From contig CM069148.1 in the NCBI GenBank assembly GCA_035221665.1, forward strand, positions 25,978,001 to 26,042,000: a stretch of DNA of 64,000 bases. Reading direction: 5' to 3'. Shown here piece after piece: positions 62,590 through 64,000 of this stretch. Positions within the stretch are counted from its first letter, which is position 1. Each line of letters begins with the position of its first letter. The position numbers and the translations under genes were made by a program. This stretch comes from Okamejei kenojei (Eukaryota). The notes under the pieces are model-generated. The model searched no databases, was not told the origin of the DNA, and saw nothing but the letters and a program-made list of their open reading frames with translations.

Positions 62590-63510
62590 CATAGAACTAT
62601 ACAGCACAGAAACAGCCCATTCAGCTCACAGTCTATGCTGAACATGATGTCATTAAACAAATCTCCTCTACCTGCACGTGATCCATTCCCTGCATATCCA
62701 TGTGCCTATCTATTCTAAATGCATCTTAAAATGCCACTAACATATCTGCCTCCAACACCAGTCCTGGTAGCTCGTTCCAGTCATCCACCACTTTTTGTGT
62801 AAAACAAAAATCCCCACGCTTCACTTACAACTCCTTCACTTTATAGCCATGATCTCTGGTCCTTGACATTTCCATCCTGGGAAAAAGGTTCTGACACTAT
62901 CCCACTGTATATTTTCCTCATTGTCTGCAATTCCACCAATTGCATTGTCATCTGCAAACCGACTAACCAATCCTACATTTTCATTCAAAGACACAAGGTG
63001 GAGTAACTCAGCCGGGCAGGCAACATCTCTGCGGAACATGGATTGGTGACGTTTCAGGACGAGACTCTTTTTCAGACTGATTATGGAGGGGGAGGGGGCT
63101 GAAAGCTGGAAGAGATAATGGACAGGACAAAGCCTGACAAGTGATAGGTGGATACAGGTGAGGGGGAGCTTTGCTGGTTAGAAAATAGAACAGGAACAAT
63201 GTTTGTGCCGAACAAGACGCCGTTAAACTGATCTCATTTGCCTCTAATATCATCCATATCCCTCTATCCCCTGCACTTTCACATGCCTATCTACAATCGT
63301 CTTAAAGGCCACTATTAGATCTACCTCCACCACCATCCCTGACAGTGCATTCCAGGCCCCCACCACTGTGAAAAAAAACTTGCCCCACACATCTACATTA
63401 TATTTTCCCCCTCTCAACTTACAGCTATGCCCTCTAGGTTTGGACATTTACACCCTGGGGAAAAAGGTTCTGAAGGTCCACCATTTCTATGCCTCCCATA
63501 ATTTTATATT
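62590..63510 (-). mobile_element. CR1 fragments with an intervening Penelope terminal repeat (~62988-63165)
   Basis: VSRFADDNAIGG; PRGHSCKLRGGK..WNAL..GIEGYG; GGTGACGTTTCAGGACGAGACTCTTTTTCAGACT is the reverse complement of the hammerhead-like motif. Confidence 0.7.
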
Positions 63511-63511
63511 C

Positions 63512-64000
63512 TGGAAGTGGCGGCGCTGCCCTGCAGCTGCGGCTCGCCTGCAGTCCGTTTGTCTTTTTTTTTGTTTTCTTTTGTCCAGTTGTTTCAGTTT
63601 ATTTCAGTTTATTTTAGTTGTGTATGTATTGGGGGGGTGGGAGAAACTTGTTTTTAGTCTCTTCCTTTGGGGAGGATGCAACCTTTTCTTCTCTTCTCTT
63701 ATCTTATCCCCCGTTTCCGTGTCCGTCTGGCGGAGCTGGCGGCCTCCAACTGGGACCGACCTGGAGGCTCCGGAGGGAGAGCCAGGACTTACCAACGCGA
63801 GGCTGATTGACTTTGGGGCTGTGGTGGCGTTGCGGCGGCGGCAATCCGAGTTCGGAGCCTCGGAGGCTCGGCCGCGGGCCCAGTGGACAACAACGTCGGG
63901 TGCTCGCAGGTCCCAGGTTGGTGACCGATTCTCTGGAGCTCCCGCAACAGCTCTGGAGGGTGGCAGCTTCGTCCGCTACGGGCCGCGGAGTTTGAACCGG
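63512..64000 (+). other. CpG-rich unclassified segment running off the window; likely the 5' part of a young repeat
   Basis: Abruptly interrupts a CR1 fragment with GGAAGTGGCGGCGCTG..; high CpG content; no recognisable protein motif. Confidence 0.35.

Noticed and set aside
1-64000. Strand bias of LINE insertions as evidence for an enclosing gene
   Set aside because: My rough count of CR1 fragments (about 18 minus vs 13 plus) is too even to be informative.

Overview
Eukaryotic genomic DNA dominated by transposable elements. The mix of CR1 LINEs with (ATAGAAAC)n/(CTATGTTT)n tails, Rex1/Babar LINEs, Neptune-type Penelope elements and tRNA-derived V-domain SINEs suggests a cartilaginous fish such as a skate or ray (inference). 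No intact host gene, rRNA, true tRNA or CRISPR array is recognisable, and almost all listed ORFs are TE fragments or low-complexity artefacts. Supported elements: many CR1 fragments (two near-complete but broken ORF2 copies), six Rex1/Babar pieces, one L1 3' fragment, one large Penelope element plus many terminal-repeat pieces, five SINEs, a full-length dead Tc1 (DD34E), hAT and Harbinger-type non-autonomous elements, four non-autonomous Helitron-like elements, and two copies of an unclassified DNA element. Most worth following up: (i) about 90-160 bp TSD-flanked Penelope mini-insertions built around a hammerhead-ribozyme-like core; (ii) an unclassified DNA transposon carrying a Spindlin/Tudor-like coding remnant; (iii) a Helitron-like element seeding a 48-bp tandem array; (iv) three phase-compatible candidate exons at 50.2-52.0 kb. 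The 41-56 kb region shows an indel pattern suggesting a low-quality consensus. Boundaries are hand-read and approximate unless a TSD or TIR is quoted.
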